From: Desulfatiglandales bacterium
GTDB lineage: Bacteria > Desulfobacterota > DSM-4660 > Desulfatiglandales > HGW-15
Reading direction: 5' to 3'
NCBI GenBank assembly: GCA_963667015.2
Contig: CAXXJJ010000001.1
Span: 896,001-960,000 of the forward strand
DNA length: 64,000 nt
Shown: positions 20,488 to 29,610 of the stretch, in pieces
How the letters are laid out: each line of letters opens with the position of its first letter
Numbering within the stretch: the first letter of the stretch is position 1
Position numbers and translations under genes: made by a program
The notes under the pieces: model-generated
What the model saw: only the letters and a program-made list of their open reading frames with translations
Told to the model about the DNA's origin: nothing
Databases searched by the model: none

Positions 20488-21255
20488 TTATTCTCTCAAT
20501 CCCCTGATAAAATCCCCCACCGCATCAATTCCTGATTCTTCCATTACCTTTATGGACTGTGTGCCAACTACCGCAATATCCACCTTGCCTTTTAAAAAAT
20601 CCACATCCTTCTTCTGCTTTATGCCAAAGCCAAGTGCAAGCGGCAGTGACGTGGCATTGCGGCATCTTTTCAGATAGTCTGATAAATCATTCGAAAAATC
20701 TGTATCCTTACCTGTCACACCTTTTCTTGCCACACAATATATAAACCCCTTTGCATAGGAATTGAGATATTCCATTCGCGCATCAGACGTAGTAGGTGAA
20801 AACAGCATAATTGGATCAAGGCTGTTCCTGCTCATGGCATTATAAAAATCACCGCCTTCTTCAGGAGGAAGATCAGGAATAATGGTGCCTTTCAGGCTGC
20901 TCTTTGCCATCTTTGATGTGAAGTCATTAATCCCATATTTGTATGGTACATTATAGTATGTCATTATCAGAAAAGGGATATCAAACTCATCGGCAGCTTT
21001 TGCAGCAAGTTCCATGCACCCCTCAACTGTAGTCCCATTGTCCAGCGCACACTGGTTTGCCTTCACTATAACCGGCCCGTCAGCCGTAGGCTCTGAAAAG
21101 GGTATCTGGAGTTCCATAATATCCACCCCGGCCTCAACCATTGTTTTAATAATCCTGTAGCTGTCATCCAGTGAAGGATATCCCAGTACAATGTGCGTCA
21201 TAAGCAGGATATCTTTATTTTCGAGCCGAGTTTTTATATAGTTTTCAAGCGCCAT
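20488..21255 (-). CDS. trpA: Tryptophan synthase alpha chain
   Basis: ELQIPFSEPTADGPVI, IIPDLP, YCVARKGVTG and LGFGI. Confidence 0.95.
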   Translation of the reverse strand: MALENYIKTRLENKDILLMTHIVLGYPSLDDSYRIIKTMVEAGVDIMELQIPFSEPTADGPVIVKANQCALDNGTTVEGCMELAAKAADEFDIPFLIMTYYNVPYKYGINDFTSKMAKSSLKGTIIPDLPPEEGGDFYNAMSRNSLDPIMLFSPTTSDARMEYLNSYAKGFIYCVARKGVTGKDTDFSNDLSDYLKRCRNATSLPLALGFGIKQKKDVDFLKGKVDIAVVGTQSIKVMEESGIDAVGDFIRGLRE

Positions 21256-22471
21256 AGTCTTCCGCCTTTTTCTTAATAAATTTTAACCATTCAGGGTCAG
21301 CAAATGCATCAGCCACGGTAAAGATGTCCTTATCACCCCTTCCTGACTGGTTAATAATAATGATGTCCTCCCTGTCCAGATCAGGAGCCTCCTTGTATGC
21401 CTGTACAAAGGCATGCGAGGATTCAAGAGCAGGAATAAGCCCTTCTTTTTTAAGGGTAAGAGAGAATGCTTCAAGTACCTCTGCATCCGTGGCAGCTTCA
21501 AAGCGAACTCTTCCGGTTTCCTTGAGATTCGCAAGAATCGGTGAAACTCCAACATAATCAAGACCTGCAGAAACGCTGTGTGTTTCTCTCATCTGCCCAT
21601 CCTGATTCTGAAGAAAATATGTCTTGTATCCCTGTGCGATGCCAGGTGTGCCGTCTTTGCTTGCGAGCCTGGATGCATGCAATCCCGAATCAAGCCCTTT
21701 TCCGCCTGCCTCAACCCCTACTAGCGCTACTGGATCATCAAGAAATCCACTGAAAATTCCAAGGGCATTTGAGCCGCCGCCAACACAGGCATATACCCTT
21801 TCAGGGAGGCGGCCTTCTTTTTCCATGATTTGTTTTTTTGCCTCTTTACCGATTATGGATTGAAAAAACATTACCATCTCTGGGAAGGGATGTGCCCCGC
21901 AGGCAGTCCCTATAACATAATGGGTGTTGTCCATGTTTGCAGCCCAGTCTCTGAATGCCTCGTTCATTGCGTCTTTTAATATTCTTGATCCGTCTGTAAC
22001 CGGGACGACTTTAGCCCCCAGACGTTCCATCCAGAAGACATTGGGCCTCTGTCTTTCAACATCTTTTTCACCCATATAAATAGTGCAGTCAAAGCCGAAC
22101 TTTGCGGCCATTGTTGCTGTTGCAACACCGTGCTGACCTGCTCCTGTTTCTGCAATTACGCGGGTTTTTCCCATCCTCTTAACCAGAAGGCCCTGTCCCA
22201 TTACATTGTTTGCCTTATGAGCGCCTGTGTGATTCAGATCCTCTCTCTTTATATATATTTTAGCACCGCCAAAGTAGCTGGTAAGGTTGGCGGCATAGGT
22301 TAGAGGTGTAGGGCGACAGGAGTATTCGGACATTATGTCCGTGTATTCCTTCCAGAATGCAGGATCTGTCCTGATCTCTTCAAAGACCTTTACGATCTGC
22401 TCGAAAGTAGAAACAAGAATCTCGGGGATATAGGCTCCCCCGTATTCTCCAAAGTATTTTGTTGTTATCAT
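21245..22471 (-). CDS. trpB: Tryptophan synthase beta chain
   Basis: KREDLNHTGAHK, AETGAGQHGVA, CVGGGSNA and SGRGDKD. Confidence 0.97.
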   Translation of the reverse strand: MITTKYFGEYGGAYIPEILVSTFEQIVKVFEEIRTDPAFWKEYTDIMSEYSCRPTPLTYAANLTSYFGGAKIYIKREDLNHTGAHKANNVMGQGLLVKRMGKTRVIAETGAGQHGVATATMAAKFGFDCTIYMGEKDVERQRPNVFWMERLGAKVVPVTDGSRILKDAMNEAFRDWAANMDNTHYVIGTACGAHPFPEMVMFFQSIIGKEAKKQIMEKEGRLPERVYACVGGGSNALGIFSGFLDDPVALVGVEAGGKGLDSGLHASRLASKDGTPGIAQGYKTYFLQNQDGQMRETHSVSAGLDYVGVSPILANLKETGRVRFEAATDAEVLEAFSLTLKKEGLIPALESSHAFVQAYKEAPDLDREDIIIINQSGRGDKDIFTVADAFADPEWLKFIKKKAEDYGA

Positions 22472-22519
22472 TTTAAAATCTCCAAAAATATATAGAAGCA
22501 TAAACCAAATAATTTATAC

Positions 22520-22714
22520 ACCGCAAAGACGCAAAGGTCGCAAAGTATTTCATTTTAAAGATTCTGTAAGAAAGCTCAGAATCTTTAACTATATTATCTT
22601 GATAATTATAATCAATATGCCGTTAACTTCATTCTCCGACTCTTGATCGTGAATCCATAAGTTTTTAAGAATAATCAGGCCTTTCTTCGCGCTCTTAGTG
22701 TCTTAGCGGTTCAG
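22520..22714. repeat. Family A inverted repeat pair between trpF and trpB
   Basis: ACCGCAAAGACGCAAAGGTCGCAAAG ... CTTCGCGCTCTTAGTGTCTTAGCGGTTCAG; abuts the trpF stop. Confidence 0.8.
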
Positions 22715-22715
22715 C

Positions 22716-23330
22716 TTATCTTTTTAAATTTTCGAAAAACTCTTTCATCAGTGAATGGTCCTTCTTGCCCGGTCGTTCTTCAAGCCCGCTGCTTACATCT
22801 ACCGCATAGGGCTTCACTTTTTCGATCGCCTCCCGGATATTCAAAGGATTCAGTCCTCCTGCCAGTATTACAGGTACGCCCATTTTTTTAAAGTTTAAAG
22901 CCACATCCCAGTTAAATGTCTTTCCTGTTCCTCCCGCAACTTTTTCAGAATAGGTGTCCAGTAAGAATGCCTTTACCTTTCCCTTGTATTCTGCATAATC
23001 CTCAGGAAGGCTATTATCCCTGATTTTTACTGATTTAATAGCTCGGGGCATAAGGCGCCTGCAAATCTCAGGGGATTCATCCCCATGAAGCTGGATATTA
23101 TCAAGATCGCAATATTCGGTAATATCAATTATTTTTTTTATATTTTCATTAACAAAGACCCCCACGCTTTTAACAAAGGGTGGCAGTTTTTTTATAATTT
23201 CCATAGCCCTGTCAGCGTCTATTTTACGCGGGCTGGATGCAAAAATGAAACCCAGCGCATCCGCGCCAAGGTCTGCAGCCATTGCCGCATCATCATAATT
23301 TGTAATTCCGCAGATTTTTATTTTGGTCAT
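22716..23330 (-). CDS. trpF: Phosphoribosylanthranilate isomerase
   Basis: KIKICGIT, QLHGDE, GGTG, LAGGL and VDVSSG. Confidence 0.95.
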   Translation of the reverse strand: MTKIKICGITNYDDAAMAADLGADALGFIFASSPRKIDADRAMEIIKKLPPFVKSVGVFVNENIKKIIDITEYCDLDNIQLHGDESPEICRRLMPRAIKSVKIRDNSLPEDYAEYKGKVKAFLLDTYSEKVAGGTGKTFNWDVALNFKKMGVPVILAGGLNPLNIREAIEKVKPYAVDVSSGLEERPGKKDHSLMKEFFENLKR

Positions 23331-23372
23331 AAAGGAACCTGATTTTATCTTAATATACCCTTAAAGATGTAT

Positions 23373-23403
23373 CCTGACTTCCGCCTACTGATCTCTGACT
23401 TCT
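23373..23403 (-). repeat. Family B 7-bp-periodic arm at the trpC stop
   Basis: Minus strand AGAAGTCAGAGATCAGTAGGCGGAAGTCAGGA. Confidence 0.6.
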
Positions 23404-24184
23404 AATTATTTTTTCCTGCTTCAACCAGTTCTCTTACTTTTTCTGCCGGGTTGCCGCTCGACATCAATGCTGACCCTACGAGAACGGTGTTGATTCCTTT
23501 TCCCTTAAGACTCTTAATATCATCACCGCTGCTTATACCGCTTTCACTTACAAGTATACATGATTCAGGTACAAGCCTAGCAAGTTTAGCGGTTGTGTTA
23601 ATATCCACATGAAAAGTATCAAGGTCCCGGTTGTTTATACCTATAACATCCGCACCGCATTCAATAGCCATATCAAGGTCAGCTTTATCATGGACCTCTG
23701 TTAAGGCTGATAACCCCACTTTACCGCATAATGCCAGTAAATCCTTTAACTGGGTTTCAGTAAGGATTCTGGCAATTAAAAGCACTGCATCCGCGCCATA
23801 AACCACCGCTTCCCTTACCTGGAGTTCATCAATGATAAAATCCTTCCTCAATATCGGAACGGAGATAGCCCTTTTTACTATGGGTAGATTTTTTATTTCA
23901 CCCTGAAAAAACAATTTGTCTGTCAGAAATGATATTGCAGATGCACCGGCCTTTTCATATACAAGCCCGATTTCAACAGGATCGCATTCTTCACGAATAG
24001 TACCTGCTGAAGGTGAAGCAAATTTAATCTCAGATATGAGGTTTATTTTGCCGGGTACTGAAATTGCCTTTTTGAAATCGCGCAAAGGGGGAACATCAAT
24101 ATCAATTTCCGGGATACCATTTTTTCTCAGGATATCTACTTCTTTATGTTTCTGTGCGATTATTTCTTTTAATTTTTCATGCAT
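23402..24184 (-). CDS. trpC: Indole-3-glycerol phosphate synthase
   Basis: EIKFASPSAG, PILRKDFIID, IGINNRDL and VSESGI. Confidence 0.95.
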   Translation of the reverse strand: MHEKLKEIIAQKHKEVDILRKNGIPEIDIDVPPLRDFKKAISVPGKINLISEIKFASPSAGTIREECDPVEIGLVYEKAGASAISFLTDKLFFQGEIKNLPIVKRAISVPILRKDFIIDELQVREAVVYGADAVLLIARILTETQLKDLLALCGKVGLSALTEVHDKADLDMAIECGADVIGINNRDLDTFHVDINTTAKLARLVPESCILVSESGISSGDDIKSLKGKGINTVLVGSALMSSGNPAEKVRELVEAGKNN

Positions 24185-24209
24185 GGGTTTTATCTCATCA
24201 AATGATTTC

Positions 24210-24296
24210 ACCGCGAAGTTGCAAAGGTCGCAAAGTCTTAATCGTTTTTTAATAATAATGTTTTCCTTGGTGTTTGTTGCGCCTTTGCGGTTCAGC
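24210..24296. repeat. Family A inverted repeat pair between trpD and trpC
   Basis: ACCGCGAAGTTGCAAAGGTCGCAAAG ... TTGCGCCTTTGCGGTTCAGC. Confidence 0.8.
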
Positions 24297-24304
24297 CCTG
24301 TTTT

Positions 24305-25333
24305 TTACAGATTATTCGTGTATTTTATCAATTCCTCCAGCTTGGCCTTTGCCCTGCCCGAATCAATCGTATCTTCTCCAAGTTTCACACCTTCCTTAAA
24401 ATCCCCTGCATAACCTGCCGCTACAAATGCTGCTGCCGCATTTATAAGGATCATATCCCTTTTGGGACCCTGTTTCCCATCAAGAATATCCCTGATGATG
24501 TTTGCGTTTTCTACTGCATCCCCACCTTCAATATCCCTGATGTCAGCTCTTTTTATGCCCATCTCCTCTGGAGATATCTCAAAGGTATCTACCTTGTTAT
24601 CTTTAACATGTGATACCCGGGTCGGGCCGCTGATGCTAATTTCATCCATGTTTCCCTCTCCGCAGACAACAAAGGCCTCCCTGGTTTCAAGCCTGTTAAG
24701 AACCATAGCCAGTTTTTCTGTCAGGCCCATGTCATACACTCCCATTAAAAGCACTGTAGCGCCTGCAGGGTTTGTTAAAGGCCCCAGCACATTAAAGACA
24801 CTTCTTATGCCTATCTCTTTTCTTGGACCTGCTGCATATTTCATGGCACCGTGAAACACAGGCGCAAATAAAAATCCTATACCGATTTCATTGATACAGT
24901 TCTCAACATCTCTACTGCTGATGTTTAGATTGACACCAAGATTTTCCAGCACATCGGCTGCGCCGCACTTGCTTGACACCGCCCTGTTGCCGTGTTTGGC
25001 AACGGTAATACCGGCACCTGCCGTAACAAAGGCCGTGGTGGTTGATACATTAAATGTTTTTGCTCCGTCTCCGCCGGTGCCCACTACATCCAGAATTATA
25101 TCATCTTTAATTTTAGCCTGGTCAATGGAAATCCTTGTTGCCTTTTTTCTCATGACCCTGGCTGCCCCGGTTATTTCGTCAACCGTCTCTCCCTTAAGCC
25201 TCAGTGCTGTAATAAATGATCCAATCTGTGCAGGAGTTGCCTCTCCGGACATAATTTCATCCATTGCCGTTACCATTTCAGATTCCGATAAATCCACGCT
25301 TTCTACAAGTTTGGATATTAATTCCTTGATCAT
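24305..25333 (-). CDS. trpD: Anthranilate phosphoribosyltransferase
   Basis: [17 protein letters not shown] and [10 protein letters not shown]. Confidence 0.97.
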   Translation of the reverse strand: MIKELISKLVESVDLSESEMVTAMDEIMSGEATPAQIGSFITALRLKGETVDEITGAARVMRKKATRISIDQAKIKDDIILDVVGTGGDGAKTFNVSTTTAFVTAGAGITVAKHGNRAVSSKCGAADVLENLGVNLNISSRDVENCINEIGIGFLFAPVFHGAMKYAAGPRKEIGIRSVFNVLGPLTNPAGATVLLMGVYDMGLTEKLAMVLNRLETREAFVVCGEGNMDEISISGPTRVSHVKDNKVDTFEISPEEMGIKRADIRDIEGGDAVENANIIRDILDGKQGPKRDMILINAAAAFVAAGYAGDFKEGVKLGEDTIDSGRAKAKLEELIKYTNNL

Positions 25334-25908
25334 TATCTGCTTCCCCCAAAGGTCAAAAAATTTCTTAAGAGTGATGCTCCAGCGTCAGTGAGTATGGATT
25401 CAGGATGAAACTGGACCCCATAAACCGGATGTTCTTTGTGTCTTAAACCCATTATTTCACCTTCCTTGGTCCATGCTGTTATTTCAAAGCAGTCGGGAAG
25501 TGATTCCTTTTCTACAATGAGGGAATGATACCTTACCGCCTCAAAGGGGTTGGGCAATCCCCTGAATACTCCCTTGCCGTCATGGGATATCATTGATGTC
25601 TTGCCATGCATGATCCTGTCTGCCCTGATAACCTTTCCGCCATAGGCCTCGCCAATTGCCTGATGCCCAAGGCACACGCCGAGTGTGGGAATCTTTTTCC
25701 CAAACTCCTGAATTGCCTTGATTGAGATACCTGCCTTTGCAGGTGTGCATGGCCCAGGTGATATCATCAGGTGCGCAGGTTTATGTTTATTGATAGCAGA
25801 AATATCTATTTCATCATTCCTGAAAACCTTAACCTCCTGCCCCATGGGTTCAATCATCTGGACAAGGTTGTAGGTAAAGCTGTCGTAATTGTCTATTAGC
25901 AGTATCAT
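25333..25908 (-). CDS. trpG: Anthranilate synthase component II (glutamine amidotransferase)
   Basis: [22 protein letters not shown] and GVQFHPES. Confidence 0.95.
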   Translation of the reverse strand: MILLIDNYDSFTYNLVQMIEPMGQEVKVFRNDEIDISAINKHKPAHLMISPGPCTPAKAGISIKAIQEFGKKIPTLGVCLGHQAIGEAYGGKVIRADRIMHGKTSMISHDGKGVFRGLPNPFEAVRYHSLIVEKESLPDCFEITAWTKEGEIMGLRHKEHPVYGVQFHPESILTDAGASLLRNFLTFGGSR

Positions 25909-27380
25909 TCTTCCTTTACCCTTTCTATTGCGTTAAATGTGGCGCTGGCCTTTCTTATAGTTTCCCTGTATTCTTCTTCGGGGTCCGAATCCGCTACTAT
26001 ACCTGCCCCGGCCTGTATAAAAATCCGGTTATTTGTAATTGTAATGGTCCTTATTGTAATACAGAAATCCATGTTTCCATTAAAACCAAAATAACCGACC
26101 GCCCCGGCATAGGGGCCTCTTTCACCGGGTTCAAGCTCGCTGATTATCTCCATTGCCCTGATTTTGGGTGCCCCGCTGACGGTCCCGGCGGGAAATGCCG
26201 ACATGAACAGGTCAAAGCAGTCTTTATCATCCTTCAATATTCCTTCTACGCGAGAGACGATATGCATAACATGAGAATAACGCTCTATTTCCATCAGCCT
26301 CGGGATATGTACTGACCCGGGTGCAGCAACCTTGCCTGCATCATTTCTTCCCAGGTCAACAAGCATTATATGCTCTGCCCTTTCCTTGGGATCAGCTATC
26401 AGGTCCTTTTCAAGGGCCAAATCTTCTTCATCCGTTTCACCCCTTGGCCTTGTTCCGGCTATGGGTCTTAATTCGATTTTTCCATCATTTAGCCGTACCA
26501 GTATTTCAGGTGAGGCGCCTATGAATTTCACCTCGCCATAATCAAGATAAAACATGTAGGGAGAAGGGTTTACGCTCCTGAGCTGCCGGTAAATCTGGAA
26601 ATCCTGTCCATGCACTTCACCTGAAAACTGCTGGGATATAACTACCTGTATTACATCCCCTGCAACTATATATTCCTTTGCCTTTCGAACCGCCTCTTTA
26701 AAATCTTCCTTTTCAAAATTGGATTCCAGCTCTGATATTGTAACACTGGCGTCAGTTTCAGTATCCCTTACAGGTTTTTTGAGGTCTGCGATGGTTCTGT
26801 CCACCTCATGGCACGCCCTTGCGTAACATTCCTTGAGGTCGCAGCCTTCTTCTATATGGGCAAAGGAGATTACCTTCATCATATGGGTAAGGTGATCAAA
26901 GACAATCAGATTTTTACAGGCCGTAAAGAGCAGTTCAGGCTGCTTTCTGTCAAGTGGCTTTATATCAGGAAGACGTTCCCATTTTCTGATAAGGTCATAG
27001 TTTACATAACCGACCAGGCCGCCCTGGAAAGGAGGCAGATCATCGGACATTACCGGAATATATTTTTTGCTTACTTCCTTGAGTATGTCGAAGGGATTTT
27101 TTACATCCTTTATAATCTCCTTTTTTTCACCGGTATGAATTTCAACATTATTATCCCGGGAAAGGATACTTAAAAAGGGTTTGTATCCTATAAAGCTGTA
27201 TCTTCCCCACCTGCTGCCCCCGTCCGCACTTTCAAGAAGATAGGAGTATGAATTTCCTCTCACCTTTAGATAGGCGGACACAGGAGTTTCAATGTCGGCA
27301 AGTAATTCCTGGTACACAGGGATCAGGTTGCCCTGCTTTGACATTTCGCTAAAATCGGAAAATAAAGGTTTCTTTTTCAC
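25905..27380 (-). CDS. trpE: Anthranilate synthase component I
   Basis: [31 protein letters not shown] and [13 protein letters not shown] start at 27380 after GGAG, downstream of the attenuator terminator. Confidence 0.95.
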   Translation of the reverse strand: MKKKPLFSDFSEMSKQGNLIPVYQELLADIETPVSAYLKVRGNSYSYLLESADGGSRWGRYSFIGYKPFLSILSRDNNVEIHTGEKKEIIKDVKNPFDILKEVSKKYIPVMSDDLPPFQGGLVGYVNYDLIRKWERLPDIKPLDRKQPELLFTACKNLIVFDHLTHMMKVISFAHIEEGCDLKECYARACHEVDRTIADLKKPVRDTETDASVTISELESNFEKEDFKEAVRKAKEYIVAGDVIQVVISQQFSGEVHGQDFQIYRQLRSVNPSPYMFYLDYGEVKFIGASPEILVRLNDGKIELRPIAGTRPRGETDEEDLALEKDLIADPKERAEHIMLVDLGRNDAGKVAAPGSVHIPRLMEIERYSHVMHIVSRVEGILKDDKDCFDLFMSAFPAGTVSGAPKIRAMEIISELEPGERGPYAGAVGYFGFNGNMDFCITIRTITITNNRIFIQAGAGIVADSDPEEEYRETIRKASATFNAIERVKEE

Positions 27381-27393
27381 GTTATTGCTCCGG

Positions 27394-27429
27394 AATAAAA
27401 AAAGGCCGTGAGTTCTTAAACCCACGGCC
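27394..27429 (-). terminator. trp attenuator terminator
   Basis: Minus strand GGCCGTGGG-TTTAAGAA-CTCACGGCC-TTTTTTTATT, just upstream of trpE. Confidence 0.9.
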
Positions 27430-27486
27430 TGATAGAGTTTTAACCGCGGGCCTTTTCGGGAATGCCCCCGGTTGTAAATATTTGTA

Positions 27487-27567
27487 CTATACTGGCAGGC
27501 ACCCCTCTCTTCTGAAAGCGCGCCACCACCAGTTGCTGTTTAAGATATGTTTTATTTCTTTATTCAT
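27487..27567 (-). CDS. trpL: trp leader peptide MNKEIKHILNSNWWWRAFRREGCLPV
   Basis: 26-codon ORF with three consecutive TGG codons (27531-27523), between the promoter and the terminator. Confidence 0.9.
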   Translation of the reverse strand: MNKEIKHILNSNWWWRAFRREGCLPV

Positions 27568-27575
27568 GGTGCAGT

Positions 27576-27604
27576 AGACTATTAGTCCGGTAAATAATTG
27601 TCAA
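27576..27604 (-). promoter_or_regulatory. sigma70 promoter of the trp operon
   Basis: TTGACA (27604-27599), 17 bp, TAGTCT (27581-27576). Confidence 0.7.
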
Positions 27605-27618
27605 GACTATTTTTTATC

Positions 27619-27648
27619 TTGACAATAAAAAAACAGTTGCAATATAAT
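27619..27648 (+). promoter_or_regulatory. sigma70 promoter of the aro/phe operon
   Basis: TTGACA (27619-27624), 18 bp, TATAAT (27643-27648). Confidence 0.8.
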
Positions 27649-27683
27649 TTAAAACTAAATTTCAAGAAGGATATTAAATTTAT

Positions 27684-27755
27684 ATGAAACAAAATCGATC
27701 ATGGCAGGCATTTTTCTTTTTCTTTTTTAGCACCAGAGGTCTGCTCATGGTTTGA
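27684..27755 (+). CDS. Phe-rich leader peptide MKQNRSWQAFFFFFFSTRGLLMV
   Basis: 23-codon ORF with six consecutive Phe codons (27711-27728), AAGGA upstream, followed by a terminator. Confidence 0.88.
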   Translation: MKQNRSWQAFFFFFFSTRGLLMV

Positions 27756-27778
27756 TTCCCGTTTGTTTTTTAAATTTC

Positions 27779-27818
27779 AAAGCCGTGAGTAGAAAAACTC
27801 ACGGCTTTTTTTGTTTTT
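27779..27818 (+). terminator. aro/phe attenuator terminator
   Basis: AAAGCCGTGAGT-AGAAAA-ACTCACGGCTTT followed by T runs, just before the aroK RBS. Confidence 0.9.
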
Positions 27819-27830
27819 GCGGGGAATAAC

Positions 27831-28367
27831 ATGAACATTGTTCTTATTGGCTATCGCTGTTGCGGAAAGACATCGATCGGAAAGATTATTGCTGAACGGC
27901 TGGATAAAAAGTTTGTTGATACTGATGAATTGATTATTGATAAGGCCGGGTGCAGTATTGACAGGATAGTATCAAATCACGGGTGGCAGTCTTTTCGCAA
28001 TATAGAAGCTGAAATTATAAAAGAAGTTTCGGCTTTGGATAATCTTGTGATCGCGACAGGCGGTGGTGCTGTAATCCAAGAAGATAATATTTCCAATCTC
28101 AAAAGGAACGGATTTGTTGTCTGGCTGTATGCGAATATAGATATTATCAGGAAAAGATTAATTGAAGATACTGTTTCTAATGAAAATCGGCCTTCTCTAA
28201 CTGGTGATGAGCCTTCTGATGAAATAAAGGCAGTCCTTGAAGAAAGGGAAGCCCTTTATAAAGGTGCAAGTGATGTTGCCATTGATACAGGTAAATTGAA
28301 CATAAATGAAGTGGCGGATGTAATAATTGGTGAAATAAAAAACAGAGGTCAGAGGTCGGAAGTCTGA
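27831..28367 (+). CDS. aroK: Shikimate kinase
   Basis: LIGYRCCGKTS, FVDTD, GWQSFR, VIATGGG and RPSL. Confidence 0.93.
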   Translation: MNIVLIGYRCCGKTSIGKIIAERLDKKFVDTDELIIDKAGCSIDRIVSNHGWQSFRNIEAEIIKEVSALDNLVIATGGGAVIQEDNISNLKRNGFVVWLYANIDIIRKRLIEDTVSNENRPSLTGDEPSDEIKAVLEEREALYKGASDVAIDTGKLNINEVADVIIGEIKNRGQRSEV

Positions 28368-28506
28368 GATCAGAAAACAAAAGCAATTCTGAACCGCTAA
28401 GACGCAAAGTACGCTAAGAAAAACATTTTTTGTTTCTTGAAGACGAAAACTTTTTAATGATTTTTTAAAAATAAAAACATTACGATCTTTGCGCCTTTGC
28501 GGTTCA
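28343..28506. repeat. Family B arm overlapping the aroK 3' end, followed by a family A pair
   Basis: CAGAGGTCAGAGGTCGGAAGTCTGAGATCAGA; then CTGAACCGCTAAGACGCAAAGTACGCTAAG (28389) ... CTTTGCGCCTTTGCGGTTCA (28506). Confidence 0.8.
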
Positions 28507-28534
28507 ATCTTTTACTTAAAATACTGGAGAACTA

Positions 28535-29596
28535 ATGGCTGGAAATTCTTTTGGTGAAATGTTCAGGATTACAACATTTGGAGAATCCCACGGAAAGGGA
28601 ATCGGTGCGGTTGTTGACGGGTGTCCGCCCATGATAAGTCTCAATGATGAAGACTTTGAACAAGAGATGGCAAGAAGAAGGCCCGGAGGCAGTGAGTTTG
28701 ATACACCCAGGAGAGAGGAAGACAGGGTTGAAGTCCTTTCAGGTGTTTTTGATGGTTTAACAACCGGTGCACCCATTGCCCTTTTCATTAAAAACAAGGA
28801 TGCCAGAAGCAAATCATATGATCATATTAAAAACTTATACCGGCCCGGTCATGGCGACTTTACCTATCATAGAAAATACGGGCACTATGATTACCGTGGT
28901 GCGGGAAGGTACTCTGCACGGGAAACGGCTGCCAGGGTTGCCGCCGGTGTTATAGCAGGGAAAATAATATCAAAGGCGGGAATAGATGTAACTGCCTACA
29001 CAATCGAAATAGGCGGAATCAGGGCTGAAACGATAAATCTTTCAATGATAAATAATAATCCCCTGTGCTGTCCTGATATAAAAAAATATGAAGAAATGGC
29101 AATGGCCCTTTCAGAGGCAAAAGAACATGGCGACTCACTTGGAGGTATTGTTGAAGCCAGGGTAAAAGGGTGCCCTCCGGGTCTGGGTGAACCTGTTTTT
29201 GATAAACTGAGCGCTGACCTGGCCAAGGCTGTTATGTCAATAGGGGCGGTCAAGGGCTTTGAAATAGGTGCTGGGTTTGAGGCGGCGAGATTGAAGGGAT
29301 CAGCAAATAATGATCCCATTACCGGGGACGGTTTTGTTACAAACAATGCAGGCGGAATACTGGCGGGGATTTCCAATGGCGATGATATTGTTTTAAGGGC
29401 GGCAGTTAAACCCATTCCATCCATTGGAATTGAACAGGATACAATCGATAAAACCGGAAGCCCAACCAGCATCAGAACAGCGGGAAGATTTGATGTTACT
29501 GCTATACCAAGGGTGATTCCTGTGATCGAGGCCATGGTGAAGATAGTTCTTGCAGACCATTATTTAAGAAACAGCATTATGGCCATGTTCAGATAG
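28535..29596 (+). CDS. aroC: Chorismate synthase
   Basis: TTFGESHG, RPGHGD, SARETAARVAAG, GLGEPVFDKL and NNAGGILAGIS. Confidence 0.97.
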   Translation: MAGNSFGEMFRITTFGESHGKGIGAVVDGCPPMISLNDEDFEQEMARRRPGGSEFDTPRREEDRVEVLSGVFDGLTTGAPIALFIKNKDARSKSYDHIKNLYRPGHGDFTYHRKYGHYDYRGAGRYSARETAARVAAGVIAGKIISKAGIDVTAYTIEIGGIRAETINLSMINNNPLCCPDIKKYEEMAMALSEAKEHGDSLGGIVEARVKGCPPGLGEPVFDKLSADLAKAVMSIGAVKGFEIGAGFEAARLKGSANNDPITGDGFVTNNAGGILAGISNGDDIVLRAAVKPIPSIGIEQDTIDKTGSPTSIRTAGRFDVTAIPRVIPVIEAMVKIVLADHYLRNSIMAMFR

Positions 29597-29610
29597 ATAC
29601 CGGGTAAAAA

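Noticed and set aside
23916..25391. Plus-strand ORFs of 130-166 aa over trpC/trpD, and similar antisense ORFs elsewhere
   Set aside because: Antisense shadows of well-supported genes with no recognisable motifs.
27381..27425. N-terminal extension of trpE in the ORF track
   Set aside because: It runs through the attenuator terminator; the GTG at 27380 with GGAG is the better start.
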